A stretch of 63,938 nt of DNA, filler included, from Octopus bimaculoides (lineage: Eukaryota): the NCBI RefSeq assembly GCF_001194135.2. It is 7 parts of 7 records of this genome, joined end to end, with 100 filler letters (N's around TTAATTAATTAA, not from the genome) between each part and the next. Parts side by side here need not be neighbours in the genome. Positions count along the whole stretch, not along the records: positions 39,356 to 50,026 come from NC_068986.1; positions 50,127 to 54,204 come from NW_026324709.1; positions 54,305 to 57,466 come from NC_068994.1; positions 57,567 to 62,055 come from NC_068998.1; 3 more parts are not named here. One strand, given 5' to 3'. Below the pieces are notes generated by a model. That model was given only the letters and a program-made list of their open reading frames with translations, was not told the origin of the DNA and ran no database searches. A program made the position numbers and the translations under genes. This document shows positions 48,748-61,215 of this stretch, in pieces. Numbering within the stretch: position 1 is the stretch's first letter; each line of letters begins with the position of its first letter.

Positions 48748-51074
48748 TGACTGTGACCGTAACACCATACACTTATGTGAAAGGATCTCTCAAGGTGAAT
48801 ACCATAGTATTTGTCATTCTAATAATAAATCCACATTAAGTATGATATAAAGATTGCCATTCAATATTTATAACAAATGAATTAAGCTCGCATAAAAAAT
48901 AACTGTAGTTTCTAGAAAACCATCAATATCATACTAAAGTTATAATCCTTTATGATCTGAGTTTAGATACCGTAAGGCCAACTTTGCCTTCCATCATTTC
49001 AGGATCAGTACCAGTTAAGTACTTAGTTCAATTTAACTATCAACACTTTTCCATACCAACCTATGTTAGACACCATTATTATATAAAGAAAGATAACTTG
49101 TAAGAGAAAACAAGTATGGTGGTAAGGGTTGTACTGTTCCAAATACATAATACTACAAGTGCAGTGATCTTTATAAATTTTGAGTAATTTATTGTCTGGG
49201 GAAAGTCATTCCCTTTTAGTGCCTTATTAATTTAAAACATGCACTGGTCTGATTTCCACTTATTTACTTATTTTTTAGTAAAATTTTCAGTGTGACATGC
49301 AAGCTTTTCAATAGTTGTTGATTCTGTCAATTATTGGAACTGCATTCTTTTCTTTCTGTTTGTTTGTGCACATGCATCAGTGTGCATGCACATACACATA
49401 TGTATGTATGTATGTATGTATATATGTATGTATGCATGTATGTGTGTGTATGCATATATATATGTATGCATGTGTGCATGTCTGAGTGTATGTATTCTGC
49501 ATATCCAAGTGCTTGTGTGTTCATGTTTGTGTGTGTATATTTGTGTGTGTGTGTTTGTGTTTGTGCACCTCTATCTCTTCGTGTGTGCATGTTTGGGTAT
49601 GTCTGTGTATGGGTTTGTGTGACTATATAAACTGTCAGTAGTGGGGTATGTATATTTACTATTTAGTACTGGGGATGTTTCAAGATGCAGATAAGATAGA
49701 GATTTTTATTTATTTACGACCTCAACATCTCATACCTTTCGTGCTTTAGTCTGCCCTCTATTATTTATCTTGTTTCTCTCCATGAAATTCAATTGAATTC
49801 AGTTTTTGTCTTAAATTCATACTTATTCATTTTCTAAGCTTCCTAAATTCATGCTACCTATATATTCTATTCACCTAGGTTTCATTGCTCTTTTAAAAAA
49901 TACGATTTATGCATTGTTGTCTCTCAAATATTTAAAATCTACGATTAAGAGGCCTATCTCCTGGCTGATGGTACCTACCCACCCCTACCCATTTTCCTTT
50001 ATTCAAAAATTCTTATCGCTCCTTTANNNNNNNNNNNNNNNNNNNNNNNNNNNNNNNNNNNNNNNNNNNNTTAATTAATTAANNNNNNNNNNNNNNNNNN
50101 NNNNNNNNNNNNNNNNNNNNNNNNNNACCATGCGGTCGGTAAGCAAGCTACTTACCACACAGCCACTCCTGCGCCTCTATAATCGTAAAAATTAAAAGTA
50201 ATTCAAATTCAATGTTTTCTTGAAAAAATGAATTTCTGTAGAGATTATAAGTATCTGCGTAAGTGTGTGTGTGTGTGTGTATGCACATGCACATGGACAC
50301 ACATGTGGATGAGGCGTATGTGTGTGTATGTGCGAATATACTTGGGTCTGTATATATCTTTATATGATGTCTTAGCAGTTCAACAAATTGTCATCGACAA
50401 AAGTCAGGCAGTGTTACTAAGAGGGCAATATGTCGAGTAAAATTGTTTTCGGTATTACTCCAGCATGGCCGCGGTCCAATGACTGGCACCAGTAAAACAA
50501 CTATGAAACCCTCACCATTGTGATTGTAGTTATCTTGTGTTCTTCTCTGTATCAGGACAAAATTTTAGCTGCCCCACCCCCACCCCCCACTGCCAATGCC
50601 CATAATTTCTGTCAGTTTCACAAATTATGGATTCAGCCATTTTTGTCATTCTTTTTCTTAGTCTTTGATGACAATGTCCAGCCTCTTGACGGTAACGTTT
50701 AACACCATTATCTTGCCGGCTCACAGCTGTTGTTATTTCTGTCTTTTCACACACACACAGACACACACACACACACACACATACACACGCACGTGCAGAT
50801 ACTTACACATGCACACATACATACATACATACATGCACGCATACATACATACATACCATACATACATGCACACACACATGCATAAACACATACATGCATA
50901 TGCAAACATATGATAACACTCACACACACATATACATGCATGCATATACATATACATACACATACATACATATACACAATATATATATGTGTATATCTAT
51001 GCGTGTAAATATATGCATATGCATATACATATACATTTACAAACACGCACACATGTATGTATGTATGTATTTAT

Positions 51075-51115
<41 letters not shown>

Positions 51116-51564
51116 CACACATCCCACACACATCTGTTTCTGTTGCTGCATCATTCATCATTCTTTCAAGTCGACAGTTTCTTGTCATTTCGTTTTATCG
51201 TTTCCTTAAAAAGCAACAGATACACTCCATTCATGCCCTCCACTTCAAGCAACAGCGAAGATAAGAAGCCCACATCTTTACTGATAACTTTATTGAAACC
51301 ATATTAGCTTTGGCACTTCTCCTATTTTCTTTTGCCCTTTTGGTATGATTCCAAGGTTTGCCAAGAGCGGAAAATGATGAGAAGCACAGCCACACACTTT
51401 GCTCTGCTGTCATTCTTTCATAATGGTTTGCATGGTTCCTGGCTAATGACATCATTCCTCCATATCTGGGTACCATTTAAGACCCGTGATAAGGCAGTTT
51501 GAACAGGGTGTTTGTTAACATAAGACCCTTTAAACCTCCCAACACTGCAGTAGCTCTAGTTTTC

Positions 51565-51670
51565 ACACTTACAAAGAATAAGTCCTGGGGTCGATTTGCT
51601 CGACTAAAGGCAGTGCTCCAGCATGGCCACAGTCAAAATGACTGAAACAAGTAAAAGAGTAAAAGAGTAG
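51565..51670 (+). mobile_element. SINE family B, 3' tail
   Basis: CTTACAAAGAATAAGTCCTGGGGTCGATTTGCTCGACTAAAGGCAGTGCTCCAGCATGGCC..GAAACAAGTAAAAGAG. Confidence 0.85.
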
Positions 51671-51699
51671 TAAATTCTCACGCGACTGAGAAGCAATAT

Positions 51700-52090
51700 C
51701 AGAAACACTTGGTGGTTCATCTGGTGCAGATACCCTTGGAGAAATAACAAGAGAAACATGAAAGTGTGATAGAAAGAATTTTTAAAAAGTTCTTGGTGTA
51801 AGTGCCATTTATACTGAAGTACCTAAAGCAGAAAAAAAAAAATAATAATGCTGTAGTACTGCAAAAACTGTGACCTCTCAATGCAGAGTAGCAGCCACCC
51901 AACCTAGAGAGACTCTTTGATCTCTGAACTGTGCACCCTATTGAGTAATGATACTCCAAGAGATTATTTGGAGGAATCCTATTTTGGCCGCTTGCATTGA
52001 GGATCATACTCTTTCGGTCACCACTCATCTCAATCTATGTCTCAAAAAACATCTTTGAAGATATTGACTAGATGTCTTGGAAATATAGGG
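51700..52090 (+). pseudogene. Probable decayed RTE RT C-terminal fragment
   Basis: Weak YSKRLFGGIL..KNIFEDID*MSW resemblance to the RTE PKRLLYGEL..ID..WE region. Confidence 0.35.
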
Positions 52091-52435
52091 TTTGCAGTCT
52101 ATACTAAAAGGGTAACTATGAGACAATAGCAAAAATACTTGCATAAGAAGTCTTTAGACATCCTGGATTAGTACAGAAACACCAAGATAAGCAGGAGAAA
52201 GACACTAAAATCGTTCAGCCATGGGATATAATAGCTACACATCTATAACTATAGATCGCTGGTTGTCTGCCAAGACTTCCCAGAAATCAGAATATTATTT
52301 GTGATTGAGTGTGTGTTAGCTTTTAACTAGTTTGGTATTTTGGTGCCTCTGGGTAATTGTTACTCTGTCAGTGCTGCTGTTGAGAAAAGTTATCCTCGAT
52401 TATTAATGAGCCAACAACCATACATACATACATAC

Positions 52436-53468
52436 ATGATGGCCGTCCATTCGTGACCGAGAAAGTCCATTGCTGACCTTCAGGAACATTGTGCGCTCTA
52501 GGACTAACTTACATTTTGCATTTGCGGCTCCGTTGGTGGCTAATGAGCCCTGCTCTTGACAAGCATACACGACTGCAAACATTGCACACCAAGCTTTCCC
52601 CATTCACTATACAAGCCGTGCGCTTTATACATACATACATATATACATATATACATACATACATACATACATGATGGCCGTCCACTCGTAACCAAGGAAG
52701 TCCATTTCCAACCTTCAGGAACATTGTGCGCTCTAGGACTAACTTATATTTTGCATTTGCGGCTCCGTTGGTGGCTAATGAGCCCTGCTCTTGACAAGCA
52801 TACACAACTGCAAACATTGCAGACCAAGCTTTCTCCATTCACTATACGAGCCATGCACTTTCGCGCAGCTCGCTTAAGTTCTTCATGCTGGATACGTGCT
52901 CTCTCAAAAGTGTCGATCCCCTCCTTAACCTGCTTCCTCCATCCGTGGCGATGACAGGCATTGTTCTCCCATTCAGTGTCCTGCATATCACAGGCCTTTA
53001 ATGAGGACTTGACACAGTCCTTAAAGCGCAGCCTTGGTTTCTGCCGGAGTCTCCTTCCATTCATNNNNNNNNNNNNNNNNNNNNNNNNNNNNNNAACCAA
53101 GGAAGTCCATTTCCAACCTTCAGGAACATTGTGCGCTCTAGGACTAACTTATATTTTGCATTTGCGTCTCCGTTGGTGGCTCATGAGCCCTGCTCTTGAC
53201 AAGCATATACAACTGCAAACATTGCAGACCAAGCTTTCTCCATTCACTATACGAGCCATGCACTTTCGCGCAGCTCGCTTAAGTTCTTCATGCTGGATAC
53301 GTGCTCTCTCAAAAGTGTCGATCCCCTCCTTAACCTGCTTCCTCCATCCGTGGCGATGACAGGCATTGTTCTCCCATTCAGTGTCCTGCATATCACAGGC
53401 CTTTAATGAGGACTTGACACAGTCCTTAAAGCGCAGCCTTGGTTTCTGCCGGAGTCTCCTTCCATTCA
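52436..53468 (-). mobile_element. Three head-to-tail RTE (BovB-like) 3' ends (52436-52626, 52671-53064, 53095-53468)
   Basis: GRRLRQKPRLRFKDCVK..W..VKEG..LVCNVCSxVCLSRAGLISHQR. The first two end in GGACGGCCATCAT followed by (GTAT)n; the third runs into an N gap. Confidence 0.9.
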
Positions 53469-53477
53469 TATACATAC

Positions 53478-53822
53478 ATACAAAGCTAAAGATCAGTGAC
53501 AAAGAGAATGCCTATGCTGAACTATTGAGAAACCTGCAGTTACTCTATCCAGATTACAAGTTCAGGTTTATACCTGTAATTATTGGAGCTCTGGGATATA
53601 TAACACACAGCCTAAATATGAATCTTGAGAAATTAGGCTTCTCAAAACCAGAAAGGAGAAAGCTGATTCGAAGACTACAGATCCAATCCATCACAGGAAC
53701 TGTAAAAATCTTTAAAACTTTCCAGAAGTTTATCATTTAAATATATATGAGCATGTTTAGATATGCAACTATATGCATGAGAATACATAGATAAAGCAAA
53801 ACATACAAATCTGCATGGATAC
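53478..53822 (+). mobile_element. 5'-truncated RLE-type (CRE/R2/NeSL-like) LINE 3' end
   Basis: KISDKENAYAELLRNLQLLYPDYKFRFIPVIIGALG..LQIQSITGTVKI*, then 3' UTR; bounded by (CATA)n. Confidence 0.75.
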
Positions 53823-53832
53823 ATACATGTAT

Positions 53833-54127
53833 ACATGATGGCTGCCCCCTCGTTATCGAGTATGGCCATTGCACGAGGCTTATCTGTTATCGGTGCTGTG
53901 ATCGAATGTGACTTTTTAGCCCAGCTAAAGATCTACAATGACTTGTACTGAATTGGCAGCTAAAACCTTTACCAGCAATAGCTGGTTGTAGTTGTAATTG
54001 GGCTTCATGTACCTTTGCATGTCGTGTAAGTCCTCCCTCCGAATTACACTCCCTTCTGCATAGCATACCTGACAGATATGATTAGTATGGTGTGTAGCAC
54101 CACCACCAGTGGCCTGGTTGTCAATCA
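53833..54127 (-). mobile_element. 3' end of a second RTE-like LINE family with two C-terminal zinc-finger-like motifs
   Basis: HICQVC..RECNSEGGLTRHAKVH and FSCQFSTSHCRSLAGLKSHIRSQH*. Tail GGGGCAGCCATCAT followed by GTAT repeats. Confidence 0.7.
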
Positions 54128-54304
54128 TCTGTCAGTACTGCTGTTGAGAAAAATCATACATACATACATACATACATAAACGAACTGCCTCAACAAAAAC
54201 CTGGNNNNNNNNNNNNNNNNNNNNNNNNNNNNNNNNNNNNNNNNNNNNTTAATTAATTAANNNNNNNNNNNNNNNNNNNNNNNNNNNNNNNNNNNNNNNN
54301 NNNN

Positions 54305-54665
54305 GCTTTCTCCATGTCAACGAAAGCCAGGTACAGAGGTTTATCCTTAGCTAGGTATTTCTCCTGCAACTGTCTCACTAGAAATAAGGCATCAGTAGTG
54401 CTTTTACCTGGCACGAACCCAAACTGCATCTCATCTAAATTGATTCGCTCCCTAATTAGTTGGGCTATGACCCTCTCTGTAACTTTCATAACCTGATCTA
54501 ACAGCTTGATGCCTCTGTAATTATTTGTATCTAAAGCGTCACCTTTACCTTTGTAGCAGTTGACTATGATGCTGCTACACCAGTCATTGGGTATGACCCC
54601 TTCGTGTATCACCTGGTTCGTAATACGGGTGACTAGGCTATAGCCAACACTGCCAGATACTGCCA
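54305..54665 (-). pseudogene. RTE-clade reverse transcriptase fragment
   Basis: IPNDWCSSIIVNCYKGKGD..NYRGIKLL..MQFGFVPGKSTTDALFLVRQLQEK..LAFVDMEK. Confidence 0.92.
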
Positions 54666-56099
54666 GAACCATTAACCCTATACCTATGTAAAAACCTAAA
54701 AATAATTAAAAATATATAATATCGAAATGTAAAAATAAAAAATAAAAATATAAGATTCAGGTAAAAAGGTGAAAAAACTTAATATGGAAGCCTATCAGTG
54801 CCGCCCACCAGCACAAATATTAAAAAAATATATAGAAAATATGTATATAAAGTATTCATATTCGTTTCCTACACATTTTCTTTACACCCATTGCACTATT
54901 TTTTTCTGATTTTCATTTCCAGGTCAAGTTATAAACATTAACCTTCAAATCTTGTATATATATTTTAGCTGTCTCAAATTTGTTGTTCGTGATTGGTCAG
55001 TTTACATCAGGCTAACGACTCTCACCTTGATCAAGCTGTTATGCTTAAACGAAATGAAAAAGCCCACTGTCACACTGAAACAAAAAAGTGCCCAGATAAT
55101 TTATTTTAATAACATAATTTTCTATTACTAAATGATCTTCTCTTAGGTGCGCAAGCTTGATTGTTTAAGACTTTTTCAGTTTTGATTGCGATGTTTCCTT
55201 ACCCTGGGTATTCGGCGGAATGTCACAAACATCATGGCAAAAATTACTTCCCCTTGAATTTTTATTTACTTTTTTAAATCTCTCTTACTGAAGGATTACT
55301 TGGTCATCCTTCAGTATGGAAGATTAAAAAAAAAGTAAGTAAAAATTACTGCATAGTGCATAAATATGTCCGAAAGAGACCCACTCCAGCAGATTGTGAA
55401 GAAGCTATAGATAATATTTTATGTTGAGTTTTTAGATTTAGTTGAGTTTCTTTAATTTCATATCATGTGCCATTTTTCCTTGATCTCCTTTCATTTGACC
55501 TAGATATTTAAAATTTTCGTTGCATTTTTGATGTTTAAGGATGGATATTGATGTGTATAAGTCTTTCTTTCAAATGTAATTCTGCAGAATTGAAGAAGCA
55601 AATCTATCTTATCTTTTCTTACTCATTTTGCCCCAGCTCAAAGAGAACGGTAATAATTTTCTGAAATAGTGTTCTGAATATATTATAGTGTTTTTCATGC
55701 ATTTAGAAATCATTTGCTCAGCTGATTATAGTTTTTAAGGTTGCGAACATTTGTAAAAAACGTTTTTCTCAAAATCGCAGTCAATCTTAATCATTCTGCC
55801 CCATCCCTCTATAAAATACCATACGGCTGCCAAAACTTTGCCTTCTATAGTTTATTGGAAATATATCATCATTAAGATTTGATTAGGCTTTCATATTTTA
55901 TCTGATCCTGTAAATTTTATATGCAGTTCAACAACCCATTAACCTCACATTTTTTTTAACATCAAAATAACAATAGAAATAAACCCAATCAAATAATAGG
56001 ATTGAACTCAAGAGTTTTGCTTCTTGCTTTTGCTTGATGGAGCTGGTGTAATTCCAAGTTAGTGGTCTTGAAATGTCATTATGTGTAGAGCTAATCAGG

Positions 56100-56645
56100 A
56101 CCACCAGTGTTCTCTATTGCTGGCGGTCCCGTGCCAGCCCCTCTGCATCTGCCAAGGTGATGTCAAGCCCCTGGAGATCACATTCAGCCATCTGGTGCAA
56201 GGCCTGCCACAAAGTCTCTTCCAGCCCACACCAGCTGCGTTCAATTAGAGGAAGGCCCTTGTAGGATGATCTAGTTGGAGATGGAAGACATGTCCATACT
56301 GGTGCATGTGACAGCTAGCTATGAGGTGGGATGCTCTGGGTTGATTTGTGTGTGCTTGTAGTTCTTTGTTGGAAACGTAATGGTACTATCTGATGTTCTC
56401 AATGGTTTTCAGGGCTCTGCTACCAAAGCTGTCAATCCTCTTTGCCACGATCTTTGAGAGGGGCCATATTTCTGGTTCATAGAGAGGAGCATGAAGAAGG
56501 TTGATGCATTGTAAATGCAGAGCTTCATCTGGGAGATAGAACAGTGGCACCAAAGGGAGTACATGACCCTGGTAGCCAGACCACATTTGCAGTTGATCTC
56601 TGGGGTCAGGTCTCCATTGTCGGTGAAGGGGCTGGCAAGTGCATC
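56100..56645 (-). pseudogene. RTE RT C-terminal and thumb fragment
   Basis: FTDNGDLTPEIN, EIWPLSKIVAKRIDSFGSRAL..IRWYHYVSN, GRPCTRW. Confidence 0.8.
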
Positions 56646-56654
56646 CCTGAACTG

Positions 56655-56832
56655 GCCAATTGAGATGCCAAATCAATCTACTGCTCACCATATTTTTGCC
56701 CTTCGTCTCCTCATTGAAAGATCTTCAGAGTTCTTCAAAGGTTGCCACTTCCACATCAAGGCGGCTTTCAGCACAGTCAACCACACATTCCTCTGGAAAA
56801 TTCTTAAGCTCGTAAGTGTGCCTCCCAAAATC
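56655..56832 (+). pseudogene. RTE RT N-terminal-domain fragment, inverted relative to the adjacent fragment
   Basis: MPNQSTAHHIFALRLLIE..IKAAFSTVNH..LWKILK..PPKI. Confidence 0.8.
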
Positions 56833-57188
56833 AAGTTTGAGGAAATGATCACTCAGTTTGGTATGAAATTAATTGTAACAGAAATTATCGATGTAAACAT
56901 TCAGTAAAATGAAAACTGAATTTTATAATGTTAGGAAGAAAAAGACAACCCATTTTGTCACATGTTGGCAAGGCAATATCATACATTTTCATCTTTGCCC
57001 ATCTGTTGGCAATCGCTATTATCTCCCTATATTCTGTATTCTAATTATCCTGTCATATGTCGTCATCTATGTCACTGATGTTTATAGATGTTGTAAATCA
57101 GATAAGTATGTGTTATGAAGATTAATTTAATGAAGCTTTTATTGATAAAATTCTAATGAAACATCAATTTAACATGTTTTATATATAT

Positions 57189-57650
57189 ACTAGCAGTATA
57201 GCCCGGCTTTGCCCGGGATTAAGTTGGGATTATTAAGCTAATCAAGTTCTTTATTTCAAACCAAACTAAGTAACATGACGTCAAATTTGGGCAGAATCAG
57301 TGTTGCAACCGGAGCGCATGGGTTGAGAGTTTGATCGGCAGAGGTGATCAGGTTACATATGCCATCCCTTTGAAAACACCACCGCCATCATCTAACCCCT
57401 CTTTGCTCATGGGTTAGGAACCCTTCCAGTAAGGAAAATAGAATGACCAAAAGGGCTCCCGATTCTNNNNNNNNNNNNNNNNNNNNNNNNNNNNNNNNNN
57501 NNNNNNNNNNTTAATTAATTAANNNNNNNNNNNNNNNNNNNNNNNNNNNNNNNNNNNNNNNNNNNNGAGGGAGGGAGGGAGGGAGAGAATGATGAACGGA
57601 CGGACGAACGGACGGACAGTTGGACGGATAGATGGATGGATTGGAGGTTA
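57189..57650 (+). mobile_element. Helentron/HINE-like element end
   Basis: Begins ACTAGCAGTATAGCCCGGCTTTGCCCGGG after a TA tract; a (GGAC)n tract follows the gap. Both are typical of DINE-1-like elements. Confidence 0.6.
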
Positions 57651-57764
57651 TATGTGTGTGTGCATAATAAAAGCAAGGTAAAATACATGCTAATTCACTG
57701 AACCTTGTAATTTAATTGATCAAACAACTAAACTACCAATCGTGGTTGGAAATTCCGACCGAAA

Positions 57765-57997
57765 TTGATCTATCTACTTTATTTATATATTCATCTATCT
57801 ATCAATTTATCTATCTAACTATCTATCTATCTATTTATCTATCTATCTATTTTATTTATATTTTTATCTATCAATCTATCTTTCTGTTTTATTTATATTT
57901 TCTTCTATCTGTCTGTCCATCTATCTATCTATATATCTATCTATCTTTCTTAGAAACCTATCTATATATCTATCCTTCTATTTTATTTATATTTTCC

Positions 57998-58048
<51 letters not shown>

Positions 58049-58069
58049 ATCTATCTTATTTATATTTTC

Positions 58070-58105
<36 letters not shown>

Positions 58106-58330
58106 GTCTGTCTGTCTGTCTATCTATCTAGTTATATATGTTTGTCCATCTTTCTATCTATCTCTGTCTACCTATCTATCCATGTATCTACATCTGCCTT
58201 CACCCATCCACCAGTCTATATTGATCTATCCATCAATTTATCTATTTATCCATTTAGATATGTATACATACGATTATCTATTTATCTATCCATTTATCGA
58301 TCTATCAATCTAACTAGCTATCAATCTACA
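57765..58330. repeat. Degenerate (TATC)n microsatellite
   Basis: Read directly; the source of the 263-aa IYLS pseudo-ORF. Confidence 0.95.
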
Positions 58331-58344
58331 TCTTTTTTACTACT

Positions 58345-58720
58345 TGTTTCATTTATCACATATCTCTTCAAGAACATCACCGTCCTACGTAGTCCTTTGT
58401 TATATTTCCATGTCACGGAGACCGCTTCAATTAAACTTGCAAAAAATGTCATCGGCTTCATTAGACGTCATCAGTATAGCTTACTGTACATAGGAAAAAC
58501 TGCTTAGATGTTGGCTGGAAGTTTCAGAGGTCATTTGTAAAACTTTAAACTCAATAACACCGAATGACTCAGGTCTATGCTTTTACTCCTTCAGTTTTCA
58601 GAATTTTTTCTCTCCTGCATCTGTTTGTGGGACTATACAATGCTATAGAGCTCTTGCTTCCCGACGTTTTCTTCAAAAACAATTTATCTTTCGCCTCCTA
58701 ACCACTGCTGCCGGTCTTGA
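58345..58720 (+). pseudogene. Penelope-like GIY-YIG endonuclease fragment
   Basis: KNVIGFIRRHQYSLLYIGKTA*MLAGSFRGHL corresponds to the NVIY..C..C..LYIGET.R.L..RF.EH motif. Confidence 0.65.
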
Positions 58721-58989
58721 TTTCAATAAGCAACATGCTTTCCTCTAAAACACAAACACACACTCACATATACGAACACTGATAATCGCCTGCTCATATA
58801 CTTTAACCATACACTCAAACACACACATCATCAACCCACCACACGTCTCATGCTGTCATCTTGCTCTTACCAAACCCATTCGAGTGAAATCTTTCTCATT
58901 TGACATGAGTCACGTGACAACCGGTGTAGGCTTACTCCTTTACTCTTTTACTGTGGCCAATGTGTCACACCTTGCCGACCATACATGCA

Positions 58990-59229
58990 GGTGAGGGTGT
59001 GTGGTAAGAAGTTTGCTTCCCAACCACATGGTTCGGGGTCCGTCTCACTGCCCGGCAAGTCCCTTCAAATATAGTCCCCTGCCCGCAGTACTTATTTTTA
59101 AGTTTACTACTTATTTTATCAGGTTCTTTTACCAAACCGCTAAGATACGGAGACGTAAACTAACCAACACCGTTTGTCAAGTGGTGATGAGGGGTCAAGC
59201 ACAGACACACACACATGCACACACACACA

Positions 59230-59263
<34 letters not shown>

Positions 59264-59500
59264 TAAATCCTTTTATTCTTTTACTTGTGTCAGTCATTAG
59301 AATGCTGCCATGCTGGAGCACCGCCTTAAAGTGGTTTTCTCGAACAATTCGACCCCAGGACTTGTTTTTAAACCTAGTACTTATTCTATCGGTCTCTTTG
59401 CCCAAACGCTAATTTACGGGGACATAAACAAACCAACACCGGTTGTCAAGCGATGATGGGGGAACAAACACAGGCACAAAGACGCACACACATCGATATA
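58990..59500. mobile_element. Cluster of SINE family B fragments (plus-strand head, minus-strand bodies)
   Basis: Matches to the family B head and tail. Confidence 0.75.
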
Positions 59501-60254
59501 TATANNNNNNNNNNNNNNNNNNNNNNNNNNNNNNNNNNNNNNNNNNNNNNNNNNNNNNNNNNNNNNNNNNNNNNNNNNNNNNNNNNNNNNNNNNNNNNNN
59601 NNNNNNNNNNNNNNNNNNNNNNNNNNNNNNNNNNNNNNNNNNNNNNNNNNNNNNNNNNNNNNNNNNNNNNNNNNNNNNNNNNNNNNNNNNNNNNNNNNNN
59701 NNNNNNNNNNNNNNNNNNNNNNNNNNNNNNNNNNNNNNNNNNNNNNNNNNNNNNNNNNNNNNNNNNNNNNNNNNNNNNNNNNNNNNNNNNNNNNNNNNNN
59801 NNNNNNNNNNNNNNNNNNNNNNNNNNNNNNNNNNNNNNNNNNNNNNNNNNNNNNNNNNNNNNNNNNNNNNNNNNNNNNNNNNNNNNNNNNNNNNNNNNNN
59901 NNNNNNNNNNNNNNNNNNNNNNNNNNNNNNNNNNNNNNNNNNNNNNNNNNNNNNNNNNNNNNNNNNNNNNNNNNNNNNNNNNNNNNNNNNNNNNNNNNNN
60001 NNNNNNNNNNNNNNNNNNNNNNNNNNNNNNNNNNNATATACACTCTCTTTTTCTTTTACTCTCTTTATGAAACCATTTACGAGAGATTAAACTTAGCGCT
60101 GCAAATTAACGAACCATTTGCCGACTTTCCAAATGCTGTTACTGGTAAAGGCACAACACGTATTTTCCCTATACCGATAATCCGGAAACTCTTATAATCC
60201 TCTTTAATTTACATTAATGTACTAGCAGCTGTAGTTCATTAAATCCTTTTACCT

Positions 60255-60735
60255 TTTATGTCTCATCTTTTACTTGTTTCAGTCATTAAAGTGCGGCCAA
60301 GCTGGGGCACCGCCTTGAAGAATTTCTAGTCGAAGAAATCGACCCCCAGTACTTATTTATTAAGCTTGGTACTTATTTCATCGATCTCTTACGCCGAACC
60401 ACTAAGTTACTGGGACGTAAATACACCAGCATCGGTTGTCAAACGGTGTTGGGGAGCAAACAGGCACAATAACACACACACACACACACATACATACATA
60501 CATACATACATACATACATACATACATACATACATACGTACACACACACACATACGTACACATACACACACACGACGGGCTTCTTTCAGTTTCCATCTAC
60601 CAAATCCACTCACAAGGTTTTGGTCAGCCCGTGGCTGATCAAAAGACATTTGCCCAAGGTGGCACGCCGTGAGACTGAACGCGGAGCCATGTAGTAAGGA
60701 AGCAATCTTCTTACCACACAGCCATACCCGCGCTT
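60255..60735 (-). mobile_element. SINE family B, full length with an internal (CATA)n expansion
   Basis: Both head and tail are present. Confidence 0.85.
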
Positions 60736-60879
60736 ATTTAAGTAAATTTAATTTTTGCTTAATTTTGAGTATGTTGCCAAGATAACCAGACCTGTCTCGG
60801 AAAAAATTCTGAAATCCAGAAAGGCTTTGGTGTATATGTTCCAGAAAACGTATGTTGTTGTACTTATATCTAAATAATG

Positions 60880-61215
60880 TGTGAAGGTGCATGGCTCAGT
60901 GGTTAGATCGTCGGGCTCACAATCATGAGGTAGTGAGTCCGATTCCCGGACCGGGCTCTGTCTTGTGTTCTTGAGCAAAACGCTTTATTTCACGTTACTC
61001 CAGTTCACTCAGCTGTAGAAATGACCTGCAACATCACTGGTGCCAAGCTGTATCGGCCCCTTTGCCTTTCCTTTGGATAACATCAGTGGCATGGAGAGTG
61101 GAGGCTGGTATGCATAGGTGACTACTGGTCTTCCATAAACAACCTTGCCTGGACTTGTGCCTCAGAGGGTAACTTTCTAGGCGCAATAGCATGGTCATTC
61201 ATGACCGAAGGTGAG
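60880..61215 (+). mobile_element. tRNA-derived SINE, family C
   Basis: A box TGGCTCAGTGG, B-box-like GAGTCCGATTCC, then a body of about 270 bp. Confidence 0.85.

Noticed and set aside
52671-53468. Two near-identical RTE 3' ends as separate insertions
   Set aside because: They share the same truncation point, differ by only about three substitutions seen by eye, and flank a 30-N gap. They are probably two haplotypes or an assembly duplication, so the cluster may contain four real insertions rather than five.
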